This document shows positions 37,762 through 49,030 of a stretch of DNA of 64,000 nucleotides, in pieces. Each line of letters begins with the position of its first letter. The first letter of the stretch is position 1. Where the stretch lies: positions 81,651-145,650 of the forward strand of contig JBBDYJ010000041.1 in the NCBI GenBank assembly GCA_040901675.1, given 5' to 3'. Origin of the DNA: Pirellulales bacterium. Lineage in GTDB: Bacteria; Planctomycetota; Planctomycetia; Pirellulales; JAICIG01. Under the pieces are notes generated by a model. It saw nothing but the letters and a program-made list of their open reading frames with translations. It did not search any database and was not told the origin of the DNA. The position numbers and the translations under genes are program-made.

Positions 37762-38816
37762 TGAATACCGGTGTATTCCTGCCCAACTGGGTGGGCGACG
37801 TGGTGCTGGCCACTCCCGCCCTGCGCAGCTTACGTCAGCATTTTGGCCACGAGGCGCGGCTGATCGGCATCATGCGCCCTTACGTGGCCGACGTGCTGGC
37901 CGGAACCAACTGGCTGGACGAGCAGGTGCTCTGCGACCCACGCTCCCGCCAACCGGGCATGCGCGGCGGGTCGCTCGTGCGGCGGCTGCGGGCACTCAAG
38001 CTCGACACGGCCATCCTGTTGCCCAATTCGATTCGCAGCGGCCTGTTGGCCCGGGCCAGCGGCGCACGCGAGCGGATCGGTTACATGCGCTTCGGGCGCG
38101 GCTGGCTCTTGAATCGCAAGCTGGTTGCCCCCAAACAAGGCCGGCACTATCTGCCCGCGAGTGTGCTCGACGCGTACCTCGATCTGGTCTACGCGGCCGG
38201 CTGCCCGCCAGCTTCGCGACGGCTCGAACTGGCCACACTCCCGTCCGACGAGCGTGCTGCCGACGCCGTCTGGGCGCGGCACCGCCTGCCTGGCGGCGGG
38301 AAGGTCGTTGCGCTGAACTGCGGCGGGGCGTTTGGAGCAGCCAAGCAGTGGCCCACCGGCTACTTCGCCGCGCTGGCACGGCGGATCGCCGTCAACGACC
38401 GGCGGCCCGTGCTGGTGCTGTGCGGGCCGCGCGAGCGCGAGCTGGCACGCGAGATCGTGAGCGGGGCGGAACACCCCCGCGTGCAAAGCCTGGCCGGCGA
38501 ATCGCCGAGCATCGGCCTGAGCAAGGCCTGTATCCGCCGCAGCGGGCTGCTGGTGACAACCGACAGCGGTCCGCGGCATTTCGCGGCTGCCTTCGACGTG
38601 CCGGCGATAACGCTGTTCGGACCCACGCATGTGGCCTGGAGCGAGAACTACCATCCGGCCGCCGTGCATCTGCAACTCGACCTCGATTGCGTGCCGTGCC
38701 AGCAGCGGACGTGCCCGCTGGGGCATCATCGTTGCATGCGGGACCTATCGATCGACGAAGTGTATCGGGCAGTCAAGGCGCAACTGGAACCCCGGCGGCA
38801 GGCCGGCGCGGCCTGA
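37758..38816 (+). CDS. waaF: LPS heptosyltransferase II (GT9)
   Basis: PNWVGDVVLATP, AKQWP, TTDSGPRH, LFGPT. Confidence 0.85.
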   Translation: MMNTGVFLPNWVGDVVLATPALRSLRQHFGHEARLIGIMRPYVADVLAGTNWLDEQVLCDPRSRQPGMRGGSLVRRLRALKLDTAILLPNSIRSGLLARASGARERIGYMRFGRGWLLNRKLVAPKQGRHYLPASVLDAYLDLVYAAGCPPASRRLELATLPSDERAADAVWARHRLPGGGKVVALNCGGAFGAAKQWPTGYFAALARRIAVNDRRPVLVLCGPRERELAREIVSGAEHPRVQSLAGESPSIGLSKACIRRSGLLVTTDSGPRHFAAAFDVPAITLFGPTHVAWSENYHPAAVHLQLDLDCVPCQQRTCPLGHHRCMRDLSIDEVYRAVKAQLEPRRQAGAA

Positions 38817-38823
38817 AACACGA

Positions 38824-39723
38824 GTGACGTCGAGCGTTTGCGGGCAATCGGCACAGCGCGCGGCGGAGCCTTCGCTCTCCCGGCTGGTCCAGCCAGGCGG
38901 TCCGGCCGACTCGGACCGCGGAACGATCTGGACCGATCACGCCTATCAACAGGCCCTCGCCGCGGCCGGCCTGTCCGATTGCGCCAGCGTCATGGCTAGC
39001 CAGCAGGGCCGCTTGCTGCGGGCCCTGAGAAGCCGCGAGAACTGGCGGCTGGAACTGCACCTGGCCGAGGGGCCGCGAGGCATGTATCTGAAAAAACACC
39101 ATGCCCGGGGATGGGCCCAGCGGCTGCGGGCGCTGGCCCGCCTGGGACCGGGATCCACGCCGGGGCGAGTCGAGGCCGACAACATCGCCCGGCTCAACGC
39201 GCTGGGCATTACCGCCATGCGGTTGGTGGCCTTCGGCGAGCGGCAGCACGAGGGCGGCCTGGTCGAGTCGTTCGTGCTCACCGAGGAGCTGGCGGGCTAC
39301 CGCCCGTTGGACGATTTTTTGCCTGAACGGTTCAGCGGCCGGCCAGGGCGGCGCGACGCCGACTTCACTCGGCTGCTCTCCGAGGTGGCCGGCGTCACGG
39401 CCCATTTCCACCGGCTGGGCTTCAACCACCGCGACCTCTATTGCTGCCACTTCTTTATCCGCGAAACGCCGCCCGGCCGGTTCTCGGTGAACCTCATCGA
39501 CTTGCAGCGGGTGCAGCGGCGGCGCTGGTTTCGCCGGCGCTGGCTGGTCAAGGACCTGGCCCAGTTGGCCTATTCCGCGCCGGAGCAAGTGACGCGCACC
39601 CAGAGGATGCGATTCATCAAGCACTACCTCGGCGTCCATAAGCTGAGCCGCAACGACAAGCGGCTGATCCGCCGCGTGCTAGCCAAGCAGCGCCGCATGC
39701 AGCGGCACCTGGGAGCGGCATGA
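38824..39723 (+). CDS. Lipopolysaccharide kinase (WaaP/Kdo family); start uncertain
   Basis: YLKKH, HRDLYCCH, LIDLQR, KDLAQL; lies within the LPS core operon. Confidence 0.82.
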   Translation: MTSSVCGQSAQRAAEPSLSRLVQPGGPADSDRGTIWTDHAYQQALAAAGLSDCASVMASQQGRLLRALRSRENWRLELHLAEGPRGMYLKKHHARGWAQRLRALARLGPGSTPGRVEADNIARLNALGITAMRLVAFGERQHEGGLVESFVLTEELAGYRPLDDFLPERFSGRPGRRDADFTRLLSEVAGVTAHFHRLGFNHRDLYCCHFFIRETPPGRFSVNLIDLQRVQRRRWFRRRWLVKDLAQLAYSAPEQVTRTQRMRFIKHYLGVHKLSRNDKRLIRRVLAKQRRMQRHLGAA

Positions 39724-40895
39724 AGATCGGCCTGGTCATCGAGAGCCTCGACCCCGCCCGCGGAGGAGCCGAGCAATGGACCAGCCAGTTCGCCCAGTGG
39801 CTGCTCGCCGCCGGGCACGAAGTCCACGTGGTGGCCGCCCATGTCGCCTCGCACCTCGAGCGATGGGGCCTGGTCGTGCACCCCATCGAGCCCGGCCGAT
39901 CGAGAACAGCCTTTGCCGTGGCGGCCGAGCTGCAGCTCGACAAGCTGTCGCTCGACGTCATCCACGACATGGGCAGCGGCTGGCACTGCGACGTCTTCCA
40001 GCCGCACGGTGGTTCGCGGCGGGCGGCCTTCGAACAGAACCTCCTCTTGGCCCCCGCCTGGACCAGGCCGATCAAGCGGCGCACGGCCGCCTGGCTGCCG
40101 CGCTACCGCGACTTTCAGCAACTCGTCAATCGCCAGTATCGAGCCGACGATCGGCTCTTCGTGGCGCTGTCGCGGATGGTGGCCAACGACTTTGTGCGAT
40201 ACCACCACTTGCGGCCCGACCAGGTGCGCTTGGTCTATAACGGCGTCGATCTTGCCCGCTATTCGCCCGACCATCGGCCGGCTTACCGCCAAGCAGTCCG
40301 AAAACGGCTATCGGTGCGCGACGACGAGCTGCTGCTGGTGGTCGTGGCTCACAACTTCCGGCTCAAGGGAGTGCCCACGCTCCTGGCCGCGGCCGGCCGG
40401 CTGGCGGCCGAGGGAGCGCCCGTCCGGCTGGCCGTCGTGGGAGGCAAGCGGCTGCCCCAGCAACGCGCAGCCGGCGGAATCACCAGCTTCGTCGGCCCGG
40501 TCGACGACGCCGGCCCCTACTATGCGGCCGCCGACGTCTATGTGCAGCCTACCTACTACGATCCGTGCAGCCTGGTGTTGCTCGAGGCGCTGGCCAGCGG
40601 CCTGCCGGTGGTCACCAGCCGGTTCAACGGGGCCGGCGAGCTGTTGACGCCAGGCGTCGAGGGCTGGCTGGTCGACGATCCGGGCGATGCGGCGGAGTTG
40701 GCCGGCAGGCTCAGGCCGCTCTTGGATCCGGCCGTTCGAAGCGCGATGGGCGTCGCGGCCCGCAAGTTGGCTCTTGCGCACTCCTTCGAGCGCAACTGCC
40801 GCGAGATGCTGGCCGTTTACCAGGAGATCGCCGAAAGGCGCAGAAGGGCCGCCTCGTTCCAGCAACCAGCAACTAGTCGACTCGCACCGAGTTGA
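39720..40895 (+). CDS. GT4 glycosyltransferase (WaaG-like)
   Basis: RGGAE, YNGVD, NFRLKG, PTYYDPCSLVLLEALASGLPVVTS. Confidence 0.88.
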   Translation: MKIGLVIESLDPARGGAEQWTSQFAQWLLAAGHEVHVVAAHVASHLERWGLVVHPIEPGRSRTAFAVAAELQLDKLSLDVIHDMGSGWHCDVFQPHGGSRRAAFEQNLLLAPAWTRPIKRRTAAWLPRYRDFQQLVNRQYRADDRLFVALSRMVANDFVRYHHLRPDQVRLVYNGVDLARYSPDHRPAYRQAVRKRLSVRDDELLLVVVAHNFRLKGVPTLLAAAGRLAAEGAPVRLAVVGGKRLPQQRAAGGITSFVGPVDDAGPYYAAADVYVQPTYYDPCSLVLLEALASGLPVVTSRFNGAGELLTPGVEGWLVDDPGDAAELAGRLRPLLDPAVRSAMGVAARKLALAHSFERNCREMLAVYQEIAERRRRAASFQQPATSRLAPS

Positions 40896-41091
40896 TCACT
40901 TCCATGGCGGGGGCCACCGCGCGGACCGTTTCCTGGGCAAGTTGCTTGTGGTAGAAGCTGCAAACCGACCCGCTGATCAGCAGGCCATCGTCCAGCGGTT
41001 CGACGGTCAACTCTCGCAGAGCGTAGACCGTGCTGTTGGAAAGGGCCGATTGAGCCCGCAAGTGAATTTCCAGTGTGCTTTGTCCGGACAT
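40873..41091 (-). CDS. Small BON-domain protein
   Basis: L.ISGSV.SFYHKQLAQETVR..VINSVRV pattern typical of Planctomycete BON proteins; AAGGAGG RBS. Confidence 0.75.
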   Translation of the reverse strand: MSGQSTLEIHLRAQSALSNSTVYALRELTVEPLDDGLLISGSVCSFYHKQLAQETVRAVAPAMEVINSVRVD

Positions 41092-41201
41092 GACGGCTGA
41101 CCCTCCTTGGATCCGCCCTATCACTGTAGTGATTGAGGGCGGACTGTCAATCCCCCAAACCCCAGGAAAGTTCCAGGTCCCGGGAGAAGTTTCGTTGCCC
41201 G

Positions 41202-41855
41202 CTAGCCGATCTTGCCCGCCTTTGCCAGGTAGGCGATTACCTCGTCGGCCAGTGTTTCCGCGGTCTTGCTAGCTGCGTCGAGGATCAGCTCGGCTTTCTG
41301 CGGTGCCTCGTAGGGATCGTCGATGCCCGTGAAGCCCTTCAGCTCGCCGGCACGGGCCTTCTTGTAGAGCCCCTTGGGATCGCGGGCCTCGCAGACCTCC
41401 AGCGGCGCATCGACCAGGACTTCGATGAAGTCGCCCTGGGCCATGGTCGCCCGCACGGCGTCGCGGTCGCGGCGGTACGGACTGATGAATGCCGTCAGCG
41501 CCACAACGCCCGCTTCGCTGAACAGCCGGGCCACGGCACCGATGCGGCGGATATTTTCCTCGCGGTCCTCGGCCGAAAAGCCCAGCCCGAACCGCTTGGC
41601 GAAGTCCTCGCCGTGCCGCTCCTTGAGCATGCCGGGGCCCGCGTTCAAACCGTGGCGGACGTTGTCGCCGTCCAGCACGAAGCTGTGCAGGCCCCGGGCG
41701 TGCAGCTTATGGTCCACCAGGTTCGCGATCGTGCTCTTGCCGCAGCCGCTCAGCCCGGTGAACCAGACCACGCAACCCTTATGCCGGTTGAGCTCTTCGC
41801 GCTGGGCTCGGCTGACGCTGTGTTCGTGCCAGGTAACGTTAGTCTCGTTGGCCAT
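41202..41855 (-). CDS. cysC: Adenylyl-sulfate kinase
   Basis: [48 protein letters not shown]. Confidence 0.95.
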   Translation of the reverse strand: MANETNVTWHEHSVSRAQREELNRHKGCVVWFTGLSGCGKSTIANLVDHKLHARGLHSFVLDGDNVRHGLNAGPGMLKERHGEDFAKRFGLGFSAEDREENIRRIGAVARLFSEAGVVALTAFISPYRRDRDAVRATMAQGDFIEVLVDAPLEVCEARDPKGLYKKARAGELKGFTGIDDPYEAPQKAELILDAASKTAETLADEVIAYLAKAGKIG

Positions 41856-41974
41856 TTCGGTCCGCGGCTCCTCGAGTGGTTTCAATCGGAAAGGGCCGAT
41901 GATAACGCGCCCCAAGCGTTCGGAAAAGGAGCCCATCGCCGGACCGCGCCGTGCTGGCACGACCGCCGCCTGGC

Positions 41975-43042
41975 TCAATCCAGACCTGCCAGCTCGCACA
42001 GCATGGCCGACATGACCGCGCGCGGGCAACTCCAGACCAGAAAGAACAACGCCTCGCGGCACCAGCGGCCCGCCGGGTGTCCCACGACGTAACCGCTGCC
42101 TTTAGCGGCTGTTAGGGCGCCTTGCGCCGCACGCAGCGCCAGGCTGTTGGCCCGCGACCGCAGCACCTCGGCCGGGCAGCGCCCGCTGCCGGAGGCCGCC
42201 GCCAGCAGGTCGGCCTCCAACGCGCGATGCTCCTCGCGCAAGCCCTCGGCGGCAGCGCCGAGACCGTCGCGACGGGTGGCCTCCGATTCGAGGAATCCCA
42301 AGGCGGCGTCGGCCAGTCCAACGGCCAAGGCCGACGTCGAAAGGCCGCCGGTGCCCGCGCTGTCCCGCTGCCCCAGCACGTCCTCGGCCGGGCCCGCCAA
42401 TATCCAGCGCCGCTCCAGCTCGACGCCGTCGAGGTGCACTTCCCCGGTGTGCGTGGCGGATAAGCCGACCAGCCTGGCGGGCGGCCCGGCAACGACACCC
42501 GGCAAGCCCGTCGGCAAAAGCGCCAGGATCTGGCGGCCATCCGGGCAGTCGGCCCCGGTGAGTATCCACTCGGCATGGCCGCCGCCGGTCACCCAAGGCA
42601 TGACGCCCTGCAGGACAAACCCGCCGCTGGCCTCGCGGGCGGTCATCGACGGAGCGGCCAGGTGGCGGCGGCTGGTGGTGAGATGCGAGATGCCGACGGT
42701 GGCAAAGGCCTCGCCGGCAAACAACCGCGGCAGCACCTCCTGCTTCAAGGGCTCGTTATCGCAGAGCACGATGCGGCGCGCGGCGCCGAGCGGTTGCGTG
42801 AGCACGAAGGTCGTGGCCAGGCAGGCGGCGCTGAGCCGCAGGAAGGCGCGGATCTGGTCGGCCTCGCTCCAATCGAGGCCTCCCCACTCGGGCGGTGCAA
42901 AGGCCCGCAGCACGCCGTGCCGCCGCGCCAGATCGAGCTGTTCGCCCGGCCAGGCCGACGTGGCGTCGAGCTGATCGGACCGGGCCGACAGCTCGCGGCA
43001 GAGCAAGTCGAAAGAATCGTCGTCGGGCGAAGTCGTCAGCAT
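41975..43042 (-). CDS. Acyl-CoA dehydrogenase family protein
   Basis: [38 protein letters not shown]. Confidence 0.8.
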   Translation of the reverse strand: MLTTSPDDDSFDLLCRELSARSDQLDATSAWPGEQLDLARRHGVLRAFAPPEWGGLDWSEADQIRAFLRLSAACLATTFVLTQPLGAARRIVLCDNEPLKQEVLPRLFAGEAFATVGISHLTTSRRHLAAPSMTAREASGGFVLQGVMPWVTGGGHAEWILTGADCPDGRQILALLPTGLPGVVAGPPARLVGLSATHTGEVHLDGVELERRWILAGPAEDVLGQRDSAGTGGLSTSALAVGLADAALGFLESEATRRDGLGAAAEGLREEHRALEADLLAAASGSGRCPAEVLRSRANSLALRAAQGALTAAKGSGYVVGHPAGRWCREALFFLVWSCPRAVMSAMLCELAGLD

Positions 43043-43352
43043 GGCAGCCAGCGCACCAGGATCAACCGAGCAACTGCATTGTAGCAACGGCTTCGGGGCG
43101 AGCGCCTTTTCCAGGGCGGGGCGGTCGAAACGCGGAAACCCGGCGGGCCGGCAGCCGGGCAAACATGGCTGGATTGACCGGGATGTGGCTGGACACTGGG
43201 GTCGCCGCCGTGTACCAAATCGTTATAATCACGGCCTTTTGGAAAAATGGAGAACCGCAGCCGGCCAGGCCGCCGCGGACCAGTTTTCTTCGAGCGCGTG
43301 CCGTGGGTGGTTCCCGCGGACACGCAGACCAGCTCATGCGGAAGGACATTCG

Positions 43353-45551
43353 ATGAGCCAAACTGAAATCGCACCCCCCGATTCCCCCCAACGAGCGCGC
43401 ACGACGGGCGTCGGGACGGAAACGCTTTATGACAAGTGTCTGGCACTGGCCAACAACTTGTGGTGGAGCTGGCAGCCCGAAGTGGTCAACCTGTTTCGCG
43501 ACCTCGACCCCATCCGCTGGCGCCAGTTGGACCACAACCCGATCGCCCTGTTGAGCGAGTTCACCTCCGAGCGGCTCGAAATGCGGGCGGCCGAGCTGGT
43601 GCTCTACAGCAGGATCAACCACGCCTACCGGCGCCTCAAGGAATACCTGACCAACAACCAGACCTGGGGGGCCACCCATGCCGGCGTGCTGGGCGCCAAG
43701 CCGGTGGCCTACTTCTCCGCCGAGTTCGGCATGCACGAATCGGTGCCGATCTACTCGGGCGGCCTGGGTGTGCTCTCGGGCGACCACGTCAAGACCGCCA
43801 GCGACCTGGGCGTGCCGTTCGTGGCGATCGGCCTGTTCTACGACCAGGGCTATTTCAAGCAGCACCTCGACCACGAGGGGTACCAGTTGGAGGAATACCT
43901 CGACACCAAGGTCGAAAACGTGCCGATGGTGCCGGCCGTGGCGGCCGACGGCACGCCGATCCACATCTCGATCGATACCCGCGCCGGAAAGCTGGGGGCC
44001 AAGGTCTGGCTGATGCGCGTCGGCAGGGTGCAGCTCTACCTGCTCGACTGCGACGTGGAGGGGAACAGCCCGGAGGATCGCGAGCTGACCAGCCGGCTGT
44101 ATGGCGGCGATCACCGCACCCGCATCCGTCAGGAGTTGGTGCTGGGGATCGGCGGAGTGAGGGCCCTGCAGGCCCTGGGGATTACCCCCGGCGTGTTCCA
44201 TTTGAACGAAGGGCACAGCGCCTTCGCCACGCTGGAAGCGATCCGTGCCATGATGGAGTCCGACGGGCTGAGCTTCGACGAGGCCCTCCGCGACGTGGCC
44301 CAGCACACGGTGTTCACCACGCACACCCCCGTTCCGGCCGGGCACGACCGCTTCGACGCCGGCTTGATCGAAGAGCACCTTGGGCCGCTGCGCGACCGGC
44401 TCGGTATCTCGCTCGACCAGTTGATGGGCCTGGGCCGCGTCGAGCCGCACAACGGCGGCGAAACGTTCTGCATGACCGTGCTGGCCTTGAAGCTCTCGCG
44501 GCGGGCCAACGCCGTCAGCTCGCTGCACGGGCACGTCAGCCGCCGCATGTGGGCCCACCTCTGGCCCTGGCGAGTGGAGGAGGAAATCCCCATCGGGCAC
44601 ATCACCAACGGCGTGCACGTGCCCAGTTGGCTCGCCTGGCAGATGCAACAGCTCTACGATCGCAACTTCCCGGTCAACTGGTTCAAGCGGATGGGCGAGG
44701 CCGAAGCCTGGCAGGGCATCCACGGCGTCGATCCCGGCGAACTCTGGGAGACGCATCACGCGCTCAAGAACCTGCTCTTGGCCTTCGTGCGGCGGCGCGT
44801 GAGCCGCCAGTGCCGGCGCCGCGGCGAAAGCGACGAGCTCGTCGAGGCCGCCCGCAACATGCTCGACCCCAACATCCTCACCATCGGCTTTGCCCGCCGC
44901 TTCGCCACCTACAAGCGGGCCGACTTGATCCTGACCGACCTGGATCGTTTTCACGAGATGGTGAACGATCCTCACCGGCCGATCCAGGTGATTTTTGCCG
45001 GCAAGGCCCATCCCGCCGACGAGCCGGGCAAGCAGTTGATCAAGAGGATTGCCAACCTGCGGCGCGACCCGCGCTTCGCCGGCCGGGTGGCCTTCGTCGA
45101 GGACTACGACATCAACGTCTGCCGACACCTGACCCAAGGCGTCGACGTCTGGCTGAACAACCCCCGCCGCCCGCTGGAGGCGTCCGGAACCAGCGGCGAA
45201 AAGGTGGTCCTCAACGGCGGGCTGAACATGTCGGTCCTCGACGGCTGGTGGGCCGAAGCATACGACGGCAGCAACGGCTTTGCCATCGGCAAGGGCACCA
45301 GCCACGTGTCCGACGAGATCAACGATCGCCGCGACGCGGCCGATCTGTACCGCGTGCTGGAGCAGCAGGTGATCCCGCTCTACTACGAGCGCGACATCGA
45401 CGGCTTGCCGCGGCAGTGGGTCAAGCGAATGATGAACTCGATCGCTTCGCTCGCCTGGCGGTTCAGCGCGCATCGGATGGTGATGGACTACGTGCAGACG
45501 GCCTACGTGCCCGCGGCCGGCGGCTTGAGTTGCGACATGAGCGTACGCTGA
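43353..45551 (+). CDS. glgP: Alpha-glucan (glycogen) phosphorylase
   Basis: YSGGLGVLSGD, HLNEGH, FTTHTPVPAGHD, ARRFATYKR, EASGTSGEK. Confidence 0.93.
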   Translation: MSQTEIAPPDSPQRARTTGVGTETLYDKCLALANNLWWSWQPEVVNLFRDLDPIRWRQLDHNPIALLSEFTSERLEMRAAELVLYSRINHAYRRLKEYLTNNQTWGATHAGVLGAKPVAYFSAEFGMHESVPIYSGGLGVLSGDHVKTASDLGVPFVAIGLFYDQGYFKQHLDHEGYQLEEYLDTKVENVPMVPAVAADGTPIHISIDTRAGKLGAKVWLMRVGRVQLYLLDCDVEGNSPEDRELTSRLYGGDHRTRIRQELVLGIGGVRALQALGITPGVFHLNEGHSAFATLEAIRAMMESDGLSFDEALRDVAQHTVFTTHTPVPAGHDRFDAGLIEEHLGPLRDRLGISLDQLMGLGRVEPHNGGETFCMTVLALKLSRRANAVSSLHGHVSRRMWAHLWPWRVEEEIPIGHITNGVHVPSWLAWQMQQLYDRNFPVNWFKRMGEAEAWQGIHGVDPGELWETHHALKNLLLAFVRRRVSRQCRRRGESDELVEAARNMLDPNILTIGFARRFATYKRADLILTDLDRFHEMVNDPHRPIQVIFAGKAHPADEPGKQLIKRIANLRRDPRFAGRVAFVEDYDINVCRHLTQGVDVWLNNPRRPLEASGTSGEKVVLNGGLNMSVLDGWWAEAYDGSNGFAIGKGTSHVSDEINDRRDAADLYRVLEQQVIPLYYERDIDGLPRQWVKRMMNSIASLAWRFSAHRMVMDYVQTAYVPAAGGLSCDMSVR

Positions 45552-45673
45552 GCCGCCGACGTTGCTCGGCCCCGTGGATTTTTCCGCCGGCCACGGGTTC
45601 CAAGCGATTCCGATCATAACGGGCCAGCCATAACCGGCCGCCGGCGGTCGCACCAATCTTAGCGGGGGATTCC

Positions 45674-46636
45674 ATGTCGATCAGCCAGTTCATGGACCAT
45701 CATTTCCGGCATTTCAATGCGCGGGAAACGGTCGACGCGGCGCGGGCCTGGAAGCGCCACCTGGACGAAGGCGGCAAGATGCTCTTGGCCCTGGCCGGCG
45801 CGATGAGCACCGCCGAGCTGGGCATCTCGCTGGCGCGGATGATCCGCGAGGGCAAAGTCCACGCCATCTCCTGTACGGCCGCCAATTTCGAGGAAGACAT
45901 CTTCAACCTCGTGGCGCACGGCGAATACAAGATGCTCCCCAACTACCGCGATCTCTCGCCCGACGACGAGCTCGAGCTGCGCAACGCCGGCTTCAACCGC
46001 GTCACCGACACCTGCATCCCCGAAACGGTCATCCGGCACATCGAGGGCAAGCTGCTGGAGTACTGGACCGAGGCCGCCCAGCAAGGAAAATCCTACTTTG
46101 CCGCCGAGTATTTCTACCGGCTGATCAGCGACGGAGTCCTGGAGGAAGTCAGGCAGATCCCGCGCGAGCACTCCTGGGTCTGGGCGGCCCACGAGATGGG
46201 CATTCCGGTCTACACTCCCGGCTACGAGGATTCGACGCTGGGAAACATCTTCGCCGCCCGGGTGATGGAAGGGGAAGTGAAGAGCCACTCGGCCATCAAG
46301 AGCGGAACCGAGCAGATGGAGCACCTGGTCCGCTGGTACCTGGCCAACGTCGAGCGGCACCCGCTGGGCTTCTTTCAGATCGGCGGCGGCATCGCGGGCG
46401 ACTTCGCCATCTGCGCCGTGCCGCTGATCATCCAGGACCTGGAAAAGAAGGTGCGGCTCTGGAGTTACTTTGCCCAGATCTCGGACTCGACCACGTCGTT
46501 CGGATCCTACTCGGGCGCCGTGCCCAACGAGAAGATCACCTGGTACAAGCTCGACAAGGACGCGCCCAAGTTCATGATCAACTCCGACGCCGCCATCGTG
46601 GCCCCCTTGATCTTTGCCTACGTCCTCGGCGACTGA
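45674..46636 (+). CDS. Deoxyhypusine synthase family protein (possibly homospermidine-forming)
   Basis: AGAMSTAELG, NRVTDTCIPE, IGGGIAGDF, GSYSGAVPNEKITW. Confidence 0.85.
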   Translation: MSISQFMDHHFRHFNARETVDAARAWKRHLDEGGKMLLALAGAMSTAELGISLARMIREGKVHAISCTAANFEEDIFNLVAHGEYKMLPNYRDLSPDDELELRNAGFNRVTDTCIPETVIRHIEGKLLEYWTEAAQQGKSYFAAEYFYRLISDGVLEEVRQIPREHSWVWAAHEMGIPVYTPGYEDSTLGNIFAARVMEGEVKSHSAIKSGTEQMEHLVRWYLANVERHPLGFFQIGGGIAGDFAICAVPLIIQDLEKKVRLWSYFAQISDSTTSFGSYSGAVPNEKITWYKLDKDAPKFMINSDAAIVAPLIFAYVLGD

Positions 46637-46795
46637 CGTAGAACGGAATTCATTCCGTTTTCTCCTGCCTTCTCCTGACCCGTGACTTCCGACTCCCGAC
46701 CGCGGACCCCTGGTGTTCCACGGCGGACGTGCCACTGCTTGGAGGCCCCGCCGTGTCGGGGCCGAGAAGCAGTGCCGCGCCGCGTCCGTCGGTGC

Positions 46796-47203
46796 TTAGA
46801 GGTCAGAGTCAGAAGTCGTTGCCTCCTTCCTCAGTTCCGGATCGTTGGCACGGCGTGTCCTGCCGGCCAGCGCGCCCAACAGGACCAAGAGCGCGCCGCC
46901 GCCCAGGAACAGCCAGAAACTGGCGCCGAGCAACAGAACGAAAGCACAGGCCGTGCCGGTCAATGCGCCGGCCATGCTGGTGGCCAGGTTGAATGGTCCG
47001 CGCCGTGGTTCGGAACTGCCCGAAAAAAACCCGACGATCCCGCCGACAATAAAACCAACAAAGCAGATTGCGGCAACATCTTCCGGGTTGTGCCCGCCCA
47101 TCCTTTGGCGGGCCGCGCCGGCGAGCGCCAGGATCACGGCCGCCGTGGTGACCAGCAGGAACACTGTCGTGAGCGGAAAGCCGCGTGATGCGTTGCCAGG
47201 CAT
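46796..47203 (-). CDS. Small membrane protein with pilin-like N-terminus
   Basis: RGFPLTTVFLLVTTAAVIL plus three further hydrophobic segments; last gene of the pilin operon. Confidence 0.6.
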   Translation of the reverse strand: MPGNASRGFPLTTVFLLVTTAAVILALAGAARQRMGGHNPEDVAAICFVGFIVGGIVGFFSGSSEPRRGPFNLATSMAGALTGTACAFVLLLGASFWLFLGGGALLVLLGALAGRTRRANDPELRKEATTSDSDL

Positions 47204-47227
47204 GAATCAGAAGTCAGAGGTCGGAAG

Positions 47228-48145
47228 TCAGAAGTTAGGGCGGTCGTCGAGCATCTGGCCGTCGGACCGATGGCCCAATTGGGAATACACCGTGGGAGCG
47301 ATCGCGCTATTGAGCACGCGGACCGAGCCATCGCCAAAGGCGAACTGCGCGCCTCGCGGATGGAAGCTTTCAAATCCGCCCACAGCGAGAGTCGGATCGA
47401 GCGCCGCCGCCGGGCCGGTGCCTCGCTTCGCGGGCTGGCCGCCCCAGCCTGGCATGCCAAGGGCGGTTGCGTTGATCGGCATGCCCGTGTTGCGCAAAGT
47501 GGCCCGCGTGCCCGACATCCAGCCCAGGTCGGCCGGGTCAACTAGCTTCTCGCCCAGGAAGATCGTGTGCGAGCTGCCGTCGGCAATATCCGCAAAGCCG
47601 ATTCGGCTGTTGAGAAAAAACACGCCGTGGTTGTTGGCGTCGATCGGCGCCTCGACGTCGTGATGGCAGCCGGCGTAGTTGCTCACGCCCAGCGGAGGCA
47701 ACGGCCCAACGTCGGACGGGCAGATGAACAGCTCCGCCCCCCACGCGCGCACCGGCTTGTTCGCCGGGGCGTACACGCCCACGGAAAAGTCGATCTGGCG
47801 ATACGCGTTGGTTTGCTCGACGTACGGCAGCAGTTGCACCAGCCAGTTGAAATGGTAGCCGCGCGGCAGGCTGCGGATCGGCCCCCTGGGATTCAACACG
47901 CCGGCCGGCAGCACTTTGTGCACGCCTTCATAATGCTGCACCGCCACGCTGAGCTGGTTCAGATTGTTCGAGCACGCGCTGCGGCGAGCCGCTTCGCGGG
48001 CCGCATTTACCGCCGGCAGCAACAGCGCGATCAAAATGCCGATGATCGTGATCACCACCAGCAGCTCGACCAGCGTGAACCCCCCAGACCGTTTCATGTT
48101 CATGGCGGCCACTGCTCTGGCGGTCGTGCGTGGATGCCGTCTCAT
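47228..48145 (-). CDS. DUF1559 prepilin-type protein (start may be 48097)
   Basis: GFTLVELLVVITIIGILIALLLPAVNAAREAARR, DGSSHT, HPRGAQFAFGDGSV. Confidence 0.9.
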   Translation of the reverse strand: MRRHPRTTARAVAAMNMKRSGGFTLVELLVVITIIGILIALLLPAVNAAREAARRSACSNNLNQLSVAVQHYEGVHKVLPAGVLNPRGPIRSLPRGYHFNWLVQLLPYVEQTNAYRQIDFSVGVYAPANKPVRAWGAELFICPSDVGPLPPLGVSNYAGCHHDVEAPIDANNHGVFFLNSRIGFADIADGSSHTIFLGEKLVDPADLGWMSGTRATLRNTGMPINATALGMPGWGGQPAKRGTGPAAALDPTLAVGGFESFHPRGAQFAFGDGSVRVLNSAIAPTVYSQLGHRSDGQMLDDRPNF

Positions 48146-49030
48146 TCAAAACCTTCGATCATCGAGCAATTGCCCGTCGGCCCGGTGACCCAACTGCGCG
48201 TAAATGGCGGAATTAATTGACTCGGTGAGAAAACGCACCGAGCCATCGCCGAAGGCGAACTGGGCGCCGGTGGTATGATTGCTCTCGAAGCCGCCGACCA
48301 CGAGGACGGCCTGCGGGTTGGCCGGAACGAGCTGTCCGGCCGCCGGCAAGGTCCCCGCCGCCGGATCGATCGAGGCCAGCAAGCCGGCCCCCACGCTGCT
48401 GGCATTGATGGGCGTGCCCGTGTTGCGCAGCGTGGCCCGCGTGCCCGACATCCAGCCCAGGTCGGCCTTGCCGATCCGTTTCTCGCCCAGAAAGATCGTA
48501 TAAGCGCTGCCGTCGCTGATGTCGTCGAGGCGCACGCTGCTGTTGAGAAAAAACACCCCGTTGTTGTTGGCGTCGATGGGCGCCTCGACGTCGTGGTGGC
48601 AGCCGGCGTAATTGCTGACGCCCAGCGCAAGCGATGTGCCAGCGTCGGAAGGGCACAGGAACAGCTCGCTTCCCCAATCCCGCACCGGCTTGTTCACCGG
48701 CGCGTAGACGCCGGCGGAAAAGTCGATCCGCTTGTACGCGTTGTTTTTTTCCAGGTATGGCAGCAGTTGCACCAGCCAGTTGAAGTGGTAACCCTGCGAG
48801 ACGCTTTGCACCGGCCCGGCGGCCTCCAGAACGCCGGGCGGCAGAACCTGGTGCGCGCTCTCGTACTGTCGGACCGCTAGAATGAGCTGCGTTAATTGGT
48901 TTGCGCACTGGGCGCGCCGAGCCGTCTCGCGCGCCGCGCTCACGGCGGGCAGCAACAGCGCGATCAGGACGCCGATGATGGCGATCACCACCAGCAGCTC
49001 GACCAGCGTAAACCCCTGCGGCCGTTTCAT
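48146..49030 (-). CDS. DUF1559 prepilin-type protein (tandem paralog)
   Basis: GFTLVELLVVIAIIGVLIALLLPAVSAARE, HTTGAQFAFGDGSV. Confidence 0.9.
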   Translation of the reverse strand: MKRPQGFTLVELLVVIAIIGVLIALLLPAVSAARETARRAQCANQLTQLILAVRQYESAHQVLPPGVLEAAGPVQSVSQGYHFNWLVQLLPYLEKNNAYKRIDFSAGVYAPVNKPVRDWGSELFLCPSDAGTSLALGVSNYAGCHHDVEAPIDANNNGVFFLNSSVRLDDISDGSAYTIFLGEKRIGKADLGWMSGTRATLRNTGTPINASSVGAGLLASIDPAAGTLPAAGQLVPANPQAVLVVGGFESNHTTGAQFAFGDGSVRFLTESINSAIYAQLGHRADGQLLDDRRF